Assembly (NCBI GenBank): GCA_903840165.1
Contig: CAIMEY010000121.1
Location: 68,738-132,737 of the forward strand
Reading direction: 5' to 3'
DNA: 64,000 nt
Origin: an uncultured Myxococcales bacterium
Lineage (GTDB): Bacteria > Myxococcota_A > UBA9042
Shown here: piece after piece, positions 1 through 10,258 of the stretch
Layout of the letters: each line of letters starts with the position of its first letter
Position numbering within the stretch: the first letter of the stretch is position 1
Program-made: the position numbers and the translations under genes
The notes under the pieces: generated by a model
What the model saw: the letters and a program-made list of their open reading frames with translations, nothing else
Told to the model about the DNA's origin: nothing
Database searches by the model: none

Positions 1-843
1 GCAACTGTCTTCGCCATCGGCAATGCCGTCGCCATCTTTGTCCGGGCAGCCGCGCAGCGCTGTGGTTCCAGCCACATCGGGGCAAGCGTCCTCAGCGTCG
101 ATGATGCCATCGTGGTCGCGGTCGGCCGGCGGCGGACAGCCTTGCAGTTCCTTGGTGCCAGCCACATCGGGGCAGTTGTCGGCGCCGTCGGGGATTCCGT
201 CGTGATCGCGGTCACTCTCGGCGACCTTGATGACGGGTGCCGGCTTGGGCTCGGGCTTGGGCTCGGGCTTCTTGGTGCCAAAGAAGATGTCGACGCCACC
301 GGTGATGCCCAAGTTCCAGGCGTTGGCCGCGTCAAAGCCGTCTGTCCACATCTCGCGCGCTTCGGCACGCAGCGCCAACCACGGCAGAATCAAGCCGCGA
401 ATACCAATGCCCGCGTGCACTTGTGGGTCGATGTCCTTGCCCAACGCACCACCGGTCGAGTGATAGGCGCCGAGGCCCGCGACCAGAAAGGGCGTCCAGT
501 TGCCGCTAGAGAGGTGGTACAGCACATCGACGTCGTAGCGAAACGCCTTGGTTTTGCCACCGGTGTCGGCCGTGATCGGCAGGTAACCGGCGCCAAGCTC
601 GACAGCCAAACGCTTGCCCACCTGGTAGCCCAAGCGCACCCCCATGTCGCCCGATGTCGTCGGCAACGGCCGGGGATCCAGCGCGACATTGCCCAAATCC
701 CAGTTGCGTTCAGGGAGATGGACGCCGCCAAAAAGGCCCAAGTACACTTCCTGCTCTGGATAATCGGCCAAGGCGGGCGCTGCGCACAGCAGGCTCGCGG
801 CGAGCAGGGAGAAAAAGTAACGGCGGAAAGCAACGGTGCGCAT
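1..843 (-). CDS. OmpA-like outer-membrane beta-barrel protein with thrombospondin type-3 (calcium-binding) repeats; N-terminal part only, gene continues beyond window start
   Basis: Minus-strand ATG at 841-843 with GGAG 7 nt upstream. Translation begins [26 protein letters not shown] (signal peptide). A barrel-like region follows ([10 protein letters not shown]..), then repeated DxDxDGIxDxxDxCP motifs typical of TSP3 repeats. The frame stays open to position 1. The ORF track misses it because no stop codon falls inside the window. Confidence 0.6.
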   Translation of the reverse strand, partial: MRTVAFRRYFFSLLAASLLCAAPALADYPEQEVYLGLFGGVHLPERNWDLGNVALDPRPLPTTSGDMGVRLGYQVGKRLAVELGAGYLPITADTGGKTKAFRYDVDVLYHLSSGNWTPFLVAGLGAYHSTGGALGKDIDPQVHAGIGIRGLILPWLALRAEAREMWTDGFDAANAWNLGITGGVDIFFGTKKPEPKPEPKPAPVIKVAESDRDHDGIPDGADNCPDVAGTKELQGCPPPADRDHDGIIDAEDACPDVAGTTALRGCPDKDGDGIADGEDSC

Positions 844-1421
844 GCACGAACTCCAATGGATGAAAAGGCCAAAAGCGGCGTAGACGAAGCAAAGACGACT
901 AAGAGCGAGCCGGAAGGTGAATCGTTTTCAGGCTATGGACGGCCGGCAACGACAATGCAAGGCGGCGATGGCACGCGACAAGGCTGGCACTGGCGAGGCG
1001 GGTAGGAACCGCAAGGCCCCTGCCCCGGCTCGAATATTCCCGTGAACTGCCACGAAATTCCCGGATCCGCGCTTGGACTGGCAGCCACCTGGCTGATCAG
1101 CCCCATCCCTGCCGCTTTCGCCCCAAACTGCCTCCTCCTGCGGTCCCCCGTGGCCGATTGTCCCGGCGGCCGGGGCACCGTCAAGGATGGCTACGACAAC
1201 TACGCTAGAATCATTGGATTTTGACGTCTAGGCAGCGGTCCATCGGCGCTGACATCGCCTTGCGCAGGACGGGGCGCCGGATGGAGGGGCCATGACGGCG
1301 GGCTCACGTCGCCAGCAAGGTCTTGGCCAAAGGGCGCACGCGCGCCTCTCCCAGCCGCCTGAGCGACCGGTCTGGGGGCCCATGCTGCGTTGTGCGGGGG
1401 AGAGAGACACCGGCGATTTCG

Positions 1422-1769
1422 CTATTTGAACGGGCGCTTGGACCCACGCTTGGGCGCTGCGGCACGCACGGCATCGACGCGGAACTGCACGATTTGGGCA
1501 ATCAGGTCCACGGGAAAGGGCCTGTTGTGCGGGAACTGCACGGAACCCTTGGCATACTTGTAGGGCGCCAGCGCAGAGACAAACGCCGCGATGCCCGAGG
1601 CGGTCGGAAACAAGCCGATGTGGTGCTTGAACGCGGCAAAGTGGACCAGGTGCGCGCCGAGTAGGTCAAAGGTCGGGATGCCGTAGGACACGACCTCTAT
1701 CGCGTCGGGGGCTTGTTCACGCACAATTCCGCGGATTTGCTCGAGGCGTGCAGTTGCGTCATCGGCCAT
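1422..1769 (-). CDS. DUF1801 (YdhG-like) domain protein
   Basis: The peptide LEQIRGIVREQAPDAIEVVSYGIPTFDLLGAHLVHFAAFKHHIGLFPTASGIAAF..VQFRV matches the DUF1801 family closely. The start is taken at the internal Met (MADDATARLEQIR); the upstream extension overlaps the promoter region. Confidence 0.6.
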   Translation of the reverse strand: MADDATARLEQIRGIVREQAPDAIEVVSYGIPTFDLLGAHLVHFAAFKHHIGLFPTASGIAAFVSALAPYKYAKGSVQFPHNRPFPVDLIAQIVQFRVDAVRAAAPKRGSKRPFK

Positions 1770-2192
1770 GGGCCCTCCAATCCATCGTCCGGCCCTGACC
1801 GCCGGCTGCGCCCTGATTCTGGGTCGGGAGCCCATTGGCGTCAAGAGCCCACGCTAGTCCTGCGCGAGGTAACCTCGGTTTCTGCAAGGCGAAACTGGCA
1901 GGTAATGCGCGAGGGATGTGGACTGCGGAGCAGCGGCGTCCGACGCCGTTTTCCGCCGCCTAGGCGGAAAATCCCAGCCCGGTCGCCGCTTCGGCGACGC
2001 GCCCCTATCACGCCTGATTTCATGTGGATCCGGGCGCAACGGCCTCAACGCGCCGAGCATCGCCAATTGGCGGTTCTGCGCCGCCCTTCCTTGCCGCCAA
2101 GTCGCCTTGACGCCCCGGGCAGCAAGGCGCAGTCTGGGCTTAGGCTGTTGAGGGGTCGGGAGCACCACGGCATCAACAATCGAGCGGCAGAA

Positions 2193-3992
2193 ATGGCGAT
2201 TCAGTCCAATCAAGTCGCCGGCAAAGGTGCCGCCAAGGGCCTAGCAGCCCCGCCATGCCCTGTTGTGGCCCTCGGAGCCTCCGCAGGCGGCCTAGAGGCT
2301 TACGAGGCCTTCTTTCGCGCTTGGCCTGCCGGGGGGGCCGCGGCCTTTGTCCTCATCAGCCACCTCGACCCAACGCATGTGAGCCTTCTCACTGAGATTG
2401 TGCAGCGAGTGACTGCCCTGCCGGTCGTAGAAGTGACCCAGGCCCTGCCGGTGCAGCCGGGCCACGTCTACGTGATTCCGCCCAATCGGGCCCTTACGAT
2501 TGCTCAAGGGGTTTTGCAGTTGACGCTGCCCAAGAAGCCGCGAGGACACCGCACGCCTATCGACGCGTTCTTTGCGACGCTGGCCAGTGATTTGGGGGAA
2601 CGTGCTGTAGGCATTGTCCTTTCTGGGAGCGGCAGTGACGGCACCTTGGGCCTGCGCGCCATCCGAGCTGCTGGCGGCCTGACCCTGGTGCAAGAGCCGA
2701 CGACGGCCAAGTACGATTCAATGCCACTTAGCGCAATTGCTGCGCAGTGTGCGATGCAGGTGCTGTCCATTGAAGCGATGGTGCCCGTGCTCCAAGCCCA
2801 CCTCAAGGCGCTGCCGCAGCGACTGTTGCCACCGCCGCTGCCGCCGCCGTCCCTACTGCCCGCCGATGGGATCGAGAGGCTGCTGAGCCTGCTCAAGTCC
2901 ATGACTGGCCATGATTTTCGCCTCTACAAGCAGAGTACCATTGCCCGGCGCATCGAAAGGCGGATGGGTCGCCACAACCTGACGGACTTGGACGTCTACG
3001 CGCGCTTTCTGCAGGAAAATCCTAGTGAAGCCAATGCGTTGCTGCGGGAAATGCTGATCAACGTGACCAGTTTCTTCCGCGATCCAGAGGTGTTTGTCGC
3101 GCTCAAACAAGAGGTTCTGCCTCTGCTTTTTGCCGACAAGCCCGACGACTACGTATTTCGCGTTTGGGTCGCGGGCTGCGCTACGGGCGAGGAGGCTTAC
3201 TCCATAGCGATGGTTCTGCGCGAATGGATGGAGGAATCGCACACGCATCGCCGAACGCAGATCTACGCCACAGACCTCGACGATGGGGCGATCGCCACGG
3301 CGCGGGCGGGTGTCTATCCCACGACCATTGTCGCCGACGTGACGCCAGAACGGTTGCAGCGCTTTTTCTTTAAACAAGACGGGGCCTTGCGCATCCACAA
3401 AGATATCCGCGAGATGATCGTATTTGCGGTGCAGGACGTGATCAAGGATCCGCCTTTTACCAAGCTTGACCTGCTCTCGTGTCGCAACCTCCTGATTTAC
3501 CTGGAGACATCGATGCAGAATCGGCTGCTGACGGTCTTTCACTACACGCTGCGGCCGGGTGGCGTGCTGCTGCTGTCGCCGTCTGAAAGCATTGGCAAGC
3601 ACAGCCACTTGTTTGCGCCGCAGAACCGTAAGTCTAAGTTTTATCGCGCCATTCATGGGATCCCTAACATTGGGTCTGCGCGCGAGGCAAGTCCCGCGTG
3701 GGCGCCGGACCTGACGCCACGGGTCGTCGATAATAGCGTCAAGAAGGACAAACTATTGAACTTCTCCGACATGACCAAGCGTTTGCTGCTTCAGTCCTAC
3801 GCGCCCGCCTCAGTCGTCGCTGATGTGCACGGCAACCTGCTGTTTGTCTATGGAGAAACCGGGCGTTACCTGAGACCGGCGCCCGGAGCGGCATCGCTGC
3901 AGTTGGTAGAAATGGCCCGCGACGGCTTGCAACTAGCTTTAAAAACTGCGATTCGCCGCGTAGCCGACCAGGACCAGCCGACCCTGGCCTAG
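2193..3992 (+). CDS. CheB methylesterase - CheR methyltransferase - PAS fusion protein, N-terminal 600 aa, terminated by an in-frame TAG at 3990-3992
   Basis: The CheB catalytic core is present (VVALGASAGGLEAYEAFF..SGSGSDGTLGLRAIRAAGGLTLVQEP). The CheR SAM-methyltransferase region follows (FRLYKQSTIARRIERRM..FFRDPEVF..VWVAGCATGEEAYSIAMVL). A PAS-like segment then begins. The start is chosen at MAIQSNQ (2193); the long upstream extension of the ORF is Arg/Pro-rich junk overlapping the divergent promoter. Confidence 0.75.
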   Translation: MAIQSNQVAGKGAAKGLAAPPCPVVALGASAGGLEAYEAFFRAWPAGGAAAFVLISHLDPTHVSLLTEIVQRVTALPVVEVTQALPVQPGHVYVIPPNRALTIAQGVLQLTLPKKPRGHRTPIDAFFATLASDLGERAVGIVLSGSGSDGTLGLRAIRAAGGLTLVQEPTTAKYDSMPLSAIAAQCAMQVLSIEAMVPVLQAHLKALPQRLLPPPLPPPSLLPADGIERLLSLLKSMTGHDFRLYKQSTIARRIERRMGRHNLTDLDVYARFLQENPSEANALLREMLINVTSFFRDPEVFVALKQEVLPLLFADKPDDYVFRVWVAGCATGEEAYSIAMVLREWMEESHTHRRTQIYATDLDDGAIATARAGVYPTTIVADVTPERLQRFFFKQDGALRIHKDIREMIVFAVQDVIKDPPFTKLDLLSCRNLLIYLETSMQNRLLTVFHYTLRPGGVLLLSPSESIGKHSHLFAPQNRKSKFYRAIHGIPNIGSAREASPAWAPDLTPRVVDNSVKKDKLLNFSDMTKRLLLQSYAPASVVADVHGNLLFVYGETGRYLRPAPGAASLQLVEMARDGLQLALKTAIRRVADQDQPTLA

Positions 3993-3995
3993 CAA

Positions 3996-4793
3996 GTGGC
4001 GTATGAGGTCGACGGGCACCCACAGCGCGTGCTCTTGACCGTGCGCCCCTTGCATAGTGGCGAGGCGGTGACGCCCTATCTGCTGATTAGCTTTGAAGAA
4101 TCGGCCAGCCTGCCCAGCGATGAGAGCGCGGGGCTGACGCCCAATGCCGATTCCGCAACGGAACGCCGCCTTGGCACGCTGACCCGTGAACTGGCCTACA
4201 CGCGAGAGAACCTGCAGACGACGATCGAGAAGCAGCAAGTATTTAATGAGGAATTGCAATCGACCAACGAGGAACTGCAGTCCACCAATGAGGAACTGCA
4301 ATCGGCCAACGAGGAGCTGGAGACCTCCAAGGAAGAGCTGCAATCGGTCAATGAGGAACTGGTCTCGGTCAATGCGGAACTGCAGGCCAAGATCGAGCAA
4401 CTGGCGGCAATTCAGAGTGATATGAAGAACTTGCTTGACAACATCAGTGTGGGCGCGGTGTTCTTGGACCTGCAGTTGGCCATCCGCCGCTTTACGCGCG
4501 AGGCCGGGCAGATTTACCGGCTCGTCGCTACCGATGTGGGCAGGCCGTTGAGCGACATCAAGTCTGAGGTTGTTGGCGACCTACTTGTGGATCTACCTAA
4601 ACTTGTTCTAGAAACCAGAGAAGCTGTTGAGCGACACGTGCGCACGGGCAGTGGTGCTTTGTACCAGGTGCGGGTGCAGCCGTACCGAACGCTGGACAAT
4701 ATTGTGGACGGCGTGGTGCTCACTTTTGTCAATATTTCCGAGAGAATCGCTGGGCAGTCGGCCGAGGGACCAGGCCCTGTACCGGCGCGCTAG
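3996..4793 (+). CDS. Continuation of the CheB-CheR-PAS protein (rest of PAS fold, NEELQSxNEEL coiled coil, second PAS-like region); same frame as the upstream piece, separated only by TAG plus two codons
   Basis: It lies in the same reading frame as 2193..3992; the junction reads ..QPTLA-TAG-QVAYEVDGHPQRVLLTVRPL... The repeated EELQSTNEELQS heptads are typical of the coiled-coil linker in CheB/CheR/PAS hybrid proteins. Confidence 0.65.
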   Translation: MAYEVDGHPQRVLLTVRPLHSGEAVTPYLLISFEESASLPSDESAGLTPNADSATERRLGTLTRELAYTRENLQTTIEKQQVFNEELQSTNEELQSTNEELQSANEELETSKEELQSVNEELVSVNAELQAKIEQLAAIQSDMKNLLDNISVGAVFLDLQLAIRRFTREAGQIYRLVATDVGRPLSDIKSEVVGDLLVDLPKLVLETREAVERHVRTGSGALYQVRVQPYRTLDNIVDGVVLTFVNISERIAGQSAEGPGPVPAR

Positions 4794-4938
4794 GGGACGG
4801 GAACGGGGAAGCCGTGGGGACGGCGACTGTAACGGAGCATGGGAAAGCAGATAGTATGCGCGCGGTCTCAATTTTATTGGAGATTGTGCGCCCTGCACCG
4901 GCTGGCTCCGAACTGGAGGGGGTGCGTATTGGGGGGCC

Positions 4939-7182
4939 ATGATGAACAGGGCGCGAAAACCCGACGATTCGGCCAGCGCTTTGGACAAAAAGGCGTTGCG
5001 CATTGCGGCCGAGGCAGCATGGCAGCCCGAGCCACTGCGAACGAACTTGCCGGACGACGCGGCGCTGCACCACGAGCTGCAGGTGCATCAGATTGAATTG
5101 CAGATGCAGAATGACTCGTTACGGGAGGCACAGACGGCGCTCGAAGAGGCCCGTGACCACTACGTCGACCTCTACGAGTTTGCCCCGGTGGGCTATTTGA
5201 CCCTCTCGAGGCAGGGGTACATTGTCGATATCAACTTAACTGGCGCAGGGTTACTGGCCCAGGACCGAGCGCAGCTGTGTAAGCGCCGCTTTAGCAACTG
5301 GATTGCGGCCAAATCGCGGGACCAGTGGTACCAGCACTTCCTGAAGACGCTAAACCGTCCAGGGAGAAATACCATTGAAATACAGTGCTTACAGCATGGA
5401 GAGATAGAGTTCTGGGCCGAACTGGACTGCGTCGCCAAGCAAGGGATGGATGGCAACAGCGTCATGCGTGTCACGCTGACGGACATCAGTGAACGCCGCT
5501 TGGCTCAAGAGGAATTGCGCATTGCCGCCATTGTCTTTCAATCCCATGAAGGCACAGTTGTCACGGACGCCAACGCTCAGATTTTGCGTGTGAATAATGC
5601 GTTCTGCCGCCTGACTGGCTACACGCCTGAGGAGGTGATTGGTCGCAATCCGTCGCTTTTGCAATCTGGCCGACATGACTCGTCTTTCTATACGCAAATG
5701 TGGCGACAGCTGGCAGAACATCGCTATTGGCAAGGGGAAGTCTGGAATCGGACCAAGACGGGCGAGGCCTATGCCGAGCGTTTGACCATTTCCGCCCTGG
5801 CCAATGACCACGGCAGCATCACGCATTATGTCGGCACCTTCTCGGACATCACCAAAGCGCTTGAATCAGAAGCGGAAATCGAGCGGCTGGGCCATTACGA
5901 TCCGCTGACTGGCCTGCCCAATCGGCGCTTGCTCTACGACAGAATCAACCAAAATCTCATACGGTTGCAGCGCACCACGAGCCACAGCGGCTTGCTATTC
6001 CTGGACCTCGATAACTTCAAGAACCTCAATGATACCCGTGGCCACGGCGTCGGAGATGAGCTCTTGATTGAGACCGCCAAGCGAATTCACGCCTGTATCC
6101 GCGAAAGTGACACGGTAGCGCGACTGGGCGGCGACGAGTTTGTCGTCCTGCTCTATGACCTGCCCATTGGCACCACCGACGCTGCGGTGCAGGCCACCCG
6201 CATTGCCCAAGAAATTCGCGTGGCTATCGCTGCCCCTTGGGCCTATGACGGGCAGGATCTGCGTTGCACGGCGAGCATTGGTGTGGTCCTCATCGACCAG
6301 CAACTGCATTCGGTCGAGACGCTGATCAAGCGCGCCGACATGGCCATGTACGAAGCCAAGCACCTGGGACGCAACACGATTCGCTTCTTTGACCCGACGA
6401 TGCAGACGGCGCTTGACGAGCGCGTTACCCTGGACGCTGAGCTACGAAAAGCCATTGTGGGCGAGGAGTTGCGCGTGCACTTCCAGCCTCAGGTCGATGC
6501 CCACCGCTGCGTCATCGGTGCGGAGGCATTGGTTCGCTGGGCGCATCCGCGGCTTGGTCTGGTGCAACCGCTTCAATTTATTGCACTTGCCGAAGAAACG
6601 GGGCAGATCTCAGCGCTGGGCGATTGGGTCCTGCGGCACGTATGCGCCCAACTGCGCATATGGGCAGAGATTCCGGCCCTGGCCAACATCGATGTCGCGG
6701 TCAATGTCAGCGTGCACCAGTTTCGCCAGCCGGACTTTGTCGACCGCGTGCGCGAAATCCTCGAAACGACGGGGGCCAAACCGCGACGGCTCAAGCTGGA
6801 ACTCACGGAAAGTGTTGTTGTTGATGAAGTCCCCGAGACCATTGCCCGGATGCAGGAACTCAAGGACCTCGGCATGCGCTTCTCAATGGATGATTTTGGC
6901 ACGGGATTCTCGTCCCTGACTTACCTCAAGCGCCTGCCCCTGGACCAAATCAAGATTGACCGCGCCTTTGTCAGCGACTTGGCCATGAATACAAGCGACG
7001 CTGCGATCGTCCAAACCATCATTACGATGGGCAAAACGCTGGGTCTGGACGTCATTGCCGAGGGCGTGGAAACCGAAGCGCAGTTGGCGTGCCTAGCCCA
7101 CTTCGGCTGCTTGAGCTATCAGGGCTACCTGTTCTCGCGCCCCCTGCCGACCGCGGAATTCGAAGCCTTTGTGATGGCTTAA
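4939..7182 (+). CDS. PAS-PAS-GGDEF-EAL signalling protein (diguanylate cyclase/phosphodiesterase)
   Basis: A GGDEF motif is present (RLGGDEFVVLL) together with the upstream RxGGDEF context. An EAL domain is present (GAEALVRW.., ELTESVVVDE, DDFGTGFSSLTYLKRLPLDQIKIDRAFV). Two N-terminal PAS-like regions precede them. Confidence 0.85.
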   Translation: MMNRARKPDDSASALDKKALRIAAEAAWQPEPLRTNLPDDAALHHELQVHQIELQMQNDSLREAQTALEEARDHYVDLYEFAPVGYLTLSRQGYIVDINLTGAGLLAQDRAQLCKRRFSNWIAAKSRDQWYQHFLKTLNRPGRNTIEIQCLQHGEIEFWAELDCVAKQGMDGNSVMRVTLTDISERRLAQEELRIAAIVFQSHEGTVVTDANAQILRVNNAFCRLTGYTPEEVIGRNPSLLQSGRHDSSFYTQMWRQLAEHRYWQGEVWNRTKTGEAYAERLTISALANDHGSITHYVGTFSDITKALESEAEIERLGHYDPLTGLPNRRLLYDRINQNLIRLQRTTSHSGLLFLDLDNFKNLNDTRGHGVGDELLIETAKRIHACIRESDTVARLGGDEFVVLLYDLPIGTTDAAVQATRIAQEIRVAIAAPWAYDGQDLRCTASIGVVLIDQQLHSVETLIKRADMAMYEAKHLGRNTIRFFDPTMQTALDERVTLDAELRKAIVGEELRVHFQPQVDAHRCVIGAEALVRWAHPRLGLVQPLQFIALAEETGQISALGDWVLRHVCAQLRIWAEIPALANIDVAVNVSVHQFRQPDFVDRVREILETTGAKPRRLKLELTESVVVDEVPETIARMQELKDLGMRFSMDDFGTGFSSLTYLKRLPLDQIKIDRAFVSDLAMNTSDAAIVQTIITMGKTLGLDVIAEGVETEAQLACLAHFGCLSYQGYLFSRPLPTAEFEAFVMA

Positions 7183-7233
7183 CAGCGCAGTGCCCAAATC
7201 CCGCGTCAGCGCAGGATGATTGCTGCGTTAGGG

Positions 7234-7956
7234 CTACCGCTGGGCAAAAAGCGTCCGCCGCCAATTGGCCAATTCCTCAGGGTCGGTCGGCACTTTCTGC
7301 ACGAGCTCAGCACCAGCCAAGCGACCTCGCTGCACCGCCGGCCTTTGCTGCACCCGCTCGCTCCAAGCCTGAGTCAACGGAAATGCCTTGATATCTTGGT
7401 CATAGTTCTTCACCAAGCTCACCCATGGCCAGCAAGCCATATCGGCAATGCTGTAGTCGCCCGCGAGGAAGTCACGGTCGGCCAAGCGCCTTTCGAGAAC
7501 CCCAAGCAACCGCCCGACTTCACGCGTATATCGCTCAATCGCGTAGGGCACGGGCTCGGGCGCGTACAGCTTGAAATGCCCCGCCTGACCGCACATCGGC
7601 CCAAGACCGCCGACTTGCCAGTAAAGCCACTGCTCGACATCGACGCGTTGACGCTCGCTTGCGGGATAGAAAAGGCCAGTCTTTCTGCGGAGATACTGCA
7701 GAATGGCACCCGACTCAAACACCGAGATGGGCTGTCCGCCCGGGCCATTAGGGTCGACAATCACTGGAATGCGATGATTGGGGTTGAGGTGCAGGAATTC
7801 CGGCGTGAATTGGTGCCCTTGGCCGATGTTGACCGGCACGATGCGATAGGGTAGGCCCATTTCCTCCAAAGCAATCGCGATCTTCCAGCCGTTGGGGGTC
7901 GGCCAGTAGTGCAACTCAATGGGATCCTGCAGGGATTTCGCTTGCAGCTGTGTCAC
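7234..7956 (-). CDS. Glutathione S-transferase, Nu class (YghU/YfcG-like)
   Basis: The N-terminal thioredoxin-like GST motif HYWPTPNGWKIAIALEEMGLPYRIV..NPNHRIPVIVD is present, followed by a C-terminal GST domain. Confidence 0.8.
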   Translation of the reverse strand: MTQLQAKSLQDPIELHYWPTPNGWKIAIALEEMGLPYRIVPVNIGQGHQFTPEFLHLNPNHRIPVIVDPNGPGGQPISVFESGAILQYLRRKTGLFYPASERQRVDVEQWLYWQVGGLGPMCGQAGHFKLYAPEPVPYAIERYTREVGRLLGVLERRLADRDFLAGDYSIADMACWPWVSLVKNYDQDIKAFPLTQAWSERVQQRPAVQRGRLAGAELVQKVPTDPEELANWRRTLFAQR

Positions 7957-7965
7957 AGTCGACTC

Positions 7966-8646
7966 CTAGCGCCGGCGGCCAAAAAGTCGCAGCAAAAACA
8001 GGAACATATTGATGAAGTCGAGGTACAGCTGCAGGGCACCCATCAGCGCCATTTTGCGGTTCTCGTCCTCAGTCTGCGAACCCATAAAGCCAAGCTTGCG
8101 GAAACGTTGAACATCTACCGCCGTCAGCCCGGTGAAGATCAGGGCACCAAAGGCCGAGACGACAAAGTCCAAGGCGGTCGAATGTAAGAAGAAATTCAAG
8201 ACCATGGACGCCAAAATGGCCCAAACGCCCATCATCAGGAAGGAACCGATGCCGCTGAGGTCCTTCTTGGTGACGGCGCCAAATACGGCCATGCCGCCAA
8301 AGGCAAAGGCGGCGGTGAAGAAGGCGTTGGACACGGAAGCCGCTGTGTAAGCACTGACAATGACACCGATTGTCAAGCCATTGAGCGCCGAATAACCTAG
8401 AAACGCCGCCGTAGCCACCAAGGGCGACATGCGACGCAGCATCGCAGAAAGTCCCATAACAATAATGAGTTCTGCGATAGCAAACGCCATGAAGTGGCGG
8501 CCGACGGTCAGGTACAAGCCTTGATCGCTGAGGACCGCCCAGGCCGCGCCGCCCGAAACGAGTAAACCTGCGAACATCCAGGTGAAAACGCGATTGAGGA
8601 AGGCGCGGGCCATGGTTGTTCGGCCGGCCAGTTCTTCGTCCCCCAT
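7966..8646 (-). CDS. Bax inhibitor-1/YccA family membrane protein
   Basis: Seven hydrophobic segments are present. The C-terminal signature ALQLYLDFINMFLFLLRLFG is typical of BI-1/YccA. The start is uncertain (8646 or 8613); the ORF extends to 8754. Confidence 0.75.
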   Translation of the reverse strand: MGDEELAGRTTMARAFLNRVFTWMFAGLLVSGGAAWAVLSDQGLYLTVGRHFMAFAIAELIIVMGLSAMLRRMSPLVATAAFLGYSALNGLTIGVIVSAYTAASVSNAFFTAAFAFGGMAVFGAVTKKDLSGIGSFLMMGVWAILASMVLNFFLHSTALDFVVSAFGALIFTGLTAVDVQRFRKLGFMGSQTEDENRKMALMGALQLYLDFINMFLFLLRLFGRRR

Positions 8647-8849
8647 GTGCGCCAGCGGATCGCCAGCGCCGCGTTGGTTCCAGCCTGATCCCGCCCCGCC
8701 CAGTCCATCACGTTGATGTTGTTGGGAATTCCGATCTTGCCAAGCCATGTGCATCTCCGGCAGGCAAAAAAGTGGGCACCGATGGGTGTCCCTGTGCCTG
8801 TGGAACTCAGAGTAAGCCGCCCGTGCCAGCGGTCAAGCGGCCCGCGTAG

Positions 8850-10190
8850 CTACAGCGGCAATCCCTCGATATTTTTGGCAAATCCATAGCCTTCCCACAT
8901 GGCGTCTTCCATGGAGGCGTAGACCCAGCCGCCATAGCGTCCCAAGGAGGCGACCTTGCACGCCTGCAGGTAGTCGAGGCAAGTCTGCCTAGCGCCAAAG
9001 TAATTGCGGTCAAACACCACGTAGCCGTAGGCAATGTGGCGAACTTCTTCGACCTCGACCTCGGCATCGTCGCCTAGCCAATCGTGTTCACGGAGGAATT
9101 GCCGGACCGAAGCCTTGACCTCGTCATCGGATTGCGTAGCACCGGCAGCCACTTCCACGTACAAGCTCGATTTGCCCGGCGGGGCCAGACTCGGCACGGC
9201 GTTGGAAAAGGATCCCAAGCGGTAGAACGGGTACTTCGGCTCGGGCACGTACAACCACTGAATCGAATCAAGGACTTTCTCGCGGGCGATGCCGACCGAC
9301 AGGTAACGCAGCGAGGTGCAGCGCAGTTCGCTGCGCGCGGTTTGGACCAAGTCCGGCAAATCCTTTGTTAATCCAAGTAGATCTGGCAAGGGAACCGAGC
9401 TAAGGATCTCCTGCCAGGCGACGACCGTACCATCGCTAAGCTCAGCCGTCCTTGCCGCTAGATCAATAGCAACTGGCTGAGTATTTAAGCGAATCTTCTC
9501 CGCCGGCAAATGCGCGATGATGCCTTTGGCGAACGATTCAATGCCACCCTGCCGCGGATAGACGAAGGAGGCGTTGTAGCCCGCCTGATCATCAACGATT
9601 CCAAGGGCTCCGGCGACAATCTGCGACAGATTGGGCTTGGGAAGAAACCGCGCGCACCAATCGGGCGTGATTTCCTCAGGCGGACAGCCCCAGAGCTTGG
9701 TGTTGTAGGGCACCATGAAGCGCTCAGTAATGCCGCGACCGAAGCGCTGCATACAGAAATCGCGAAAGTCTGTAGGCGGTTGCAGCTCGCCGCGCGCTTG
9801 AGCCAGGGCTGCGTCAATGGCCGCTTGCACGCACTCGTGCACGACATCGAGGGGCAACCCATGAAGATTTTGCTGAAATGGGAACTGAGTCAGCACGCCG
9901 TGTGACCAGATGCGCGACTGGCGGTGGACCCGGACCATGGCGTCGCCCATGACGTCCTGGACAAACTGCTGCATTTGTGGGTGGCGCAGGTGCAGCCAAT
10001 GCCCTGTATGATCAAAGTGATAGCCATTGATCACTTCGGTCCGCGTTAGGCCCCCCAGGCGCGCCTCCCTCTCCACCAGGAGCCAATCCCCAGACTTTGC
10101 ATGGCCTTGACGGGCCTGCTGCTCCAAGAAATACGCGCCGCTGAGACCGGTGAGACCGCCGCCGAGGATGAGCGTGTGAACTTTGAGCAC
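8850..10190 (-). CDS. FAD-dependent oxidoreductase (amine-oxidase / UDP-galactopyranose-mutase-like fold)
   Basis: An N-terminal Rossmann dinucleotide motif is present (LILGGGLTGLSGAYFLE..VEREARLGG). A GTG start at 10190 has AGAGGAAA 10 nt upstream and removes the overlap with ribBA. Confidence 0.65.
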   Translation of the reverse strand: MLKVHTLILGGGLTGLSGAYFLEQQARQGHAKSGDWLLVEREARLGGLTRTEVINGYHFDHTGHWLHLRHPQMQQFVQDVMGDAMVRVHRQSRIWSHGVLTQFPFQQNLHGLPLDVVHECVQAAIDAALAQARGELQPPTDFRDFCMQRFGRGITERFMVPYNTKLWGCPPEEITPDWCARFLPKPNLSQIVAGALGIVDDQAGYNASFVYPRQGGIESFAKGIIAHLPAEKIRLNTQPVAIDLAARTAELSDGTVVAWQEILSSVPLPDLLGLTKDLPDLVQTARSELRCTSLRYLSVGIAREKVLDSIQWLYVPEPKYPFYRLGSFSNAVPSLAPPGKSSLYVEVAAGATQSDDEVKASVRQFLREHDWLGDDAEVEVEEVRHIAYGYVVFDRNYFGARQTCLDYLQACKVASLGRYGGWVYASMEDAMWEGYGFAKNIEGLPL

Positions 10191-10258
10191 GTGACCCCCA
10201 TTTCCTCTTTGTGATACAGAGCTTAGACCTTTGGTATACAAGCCTGCTTGGACCCCAA

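Noticed and set aside
112-1005. 297-aa plus-strand ORF and 390..872 minus-strand ORF at window start
   Set aside because: Both are out of frame with, or antisense to, the OmpA-like/TSP3 gene, which has an RBS, a signal peptide and coherent domains. Neither translation is protein-like.
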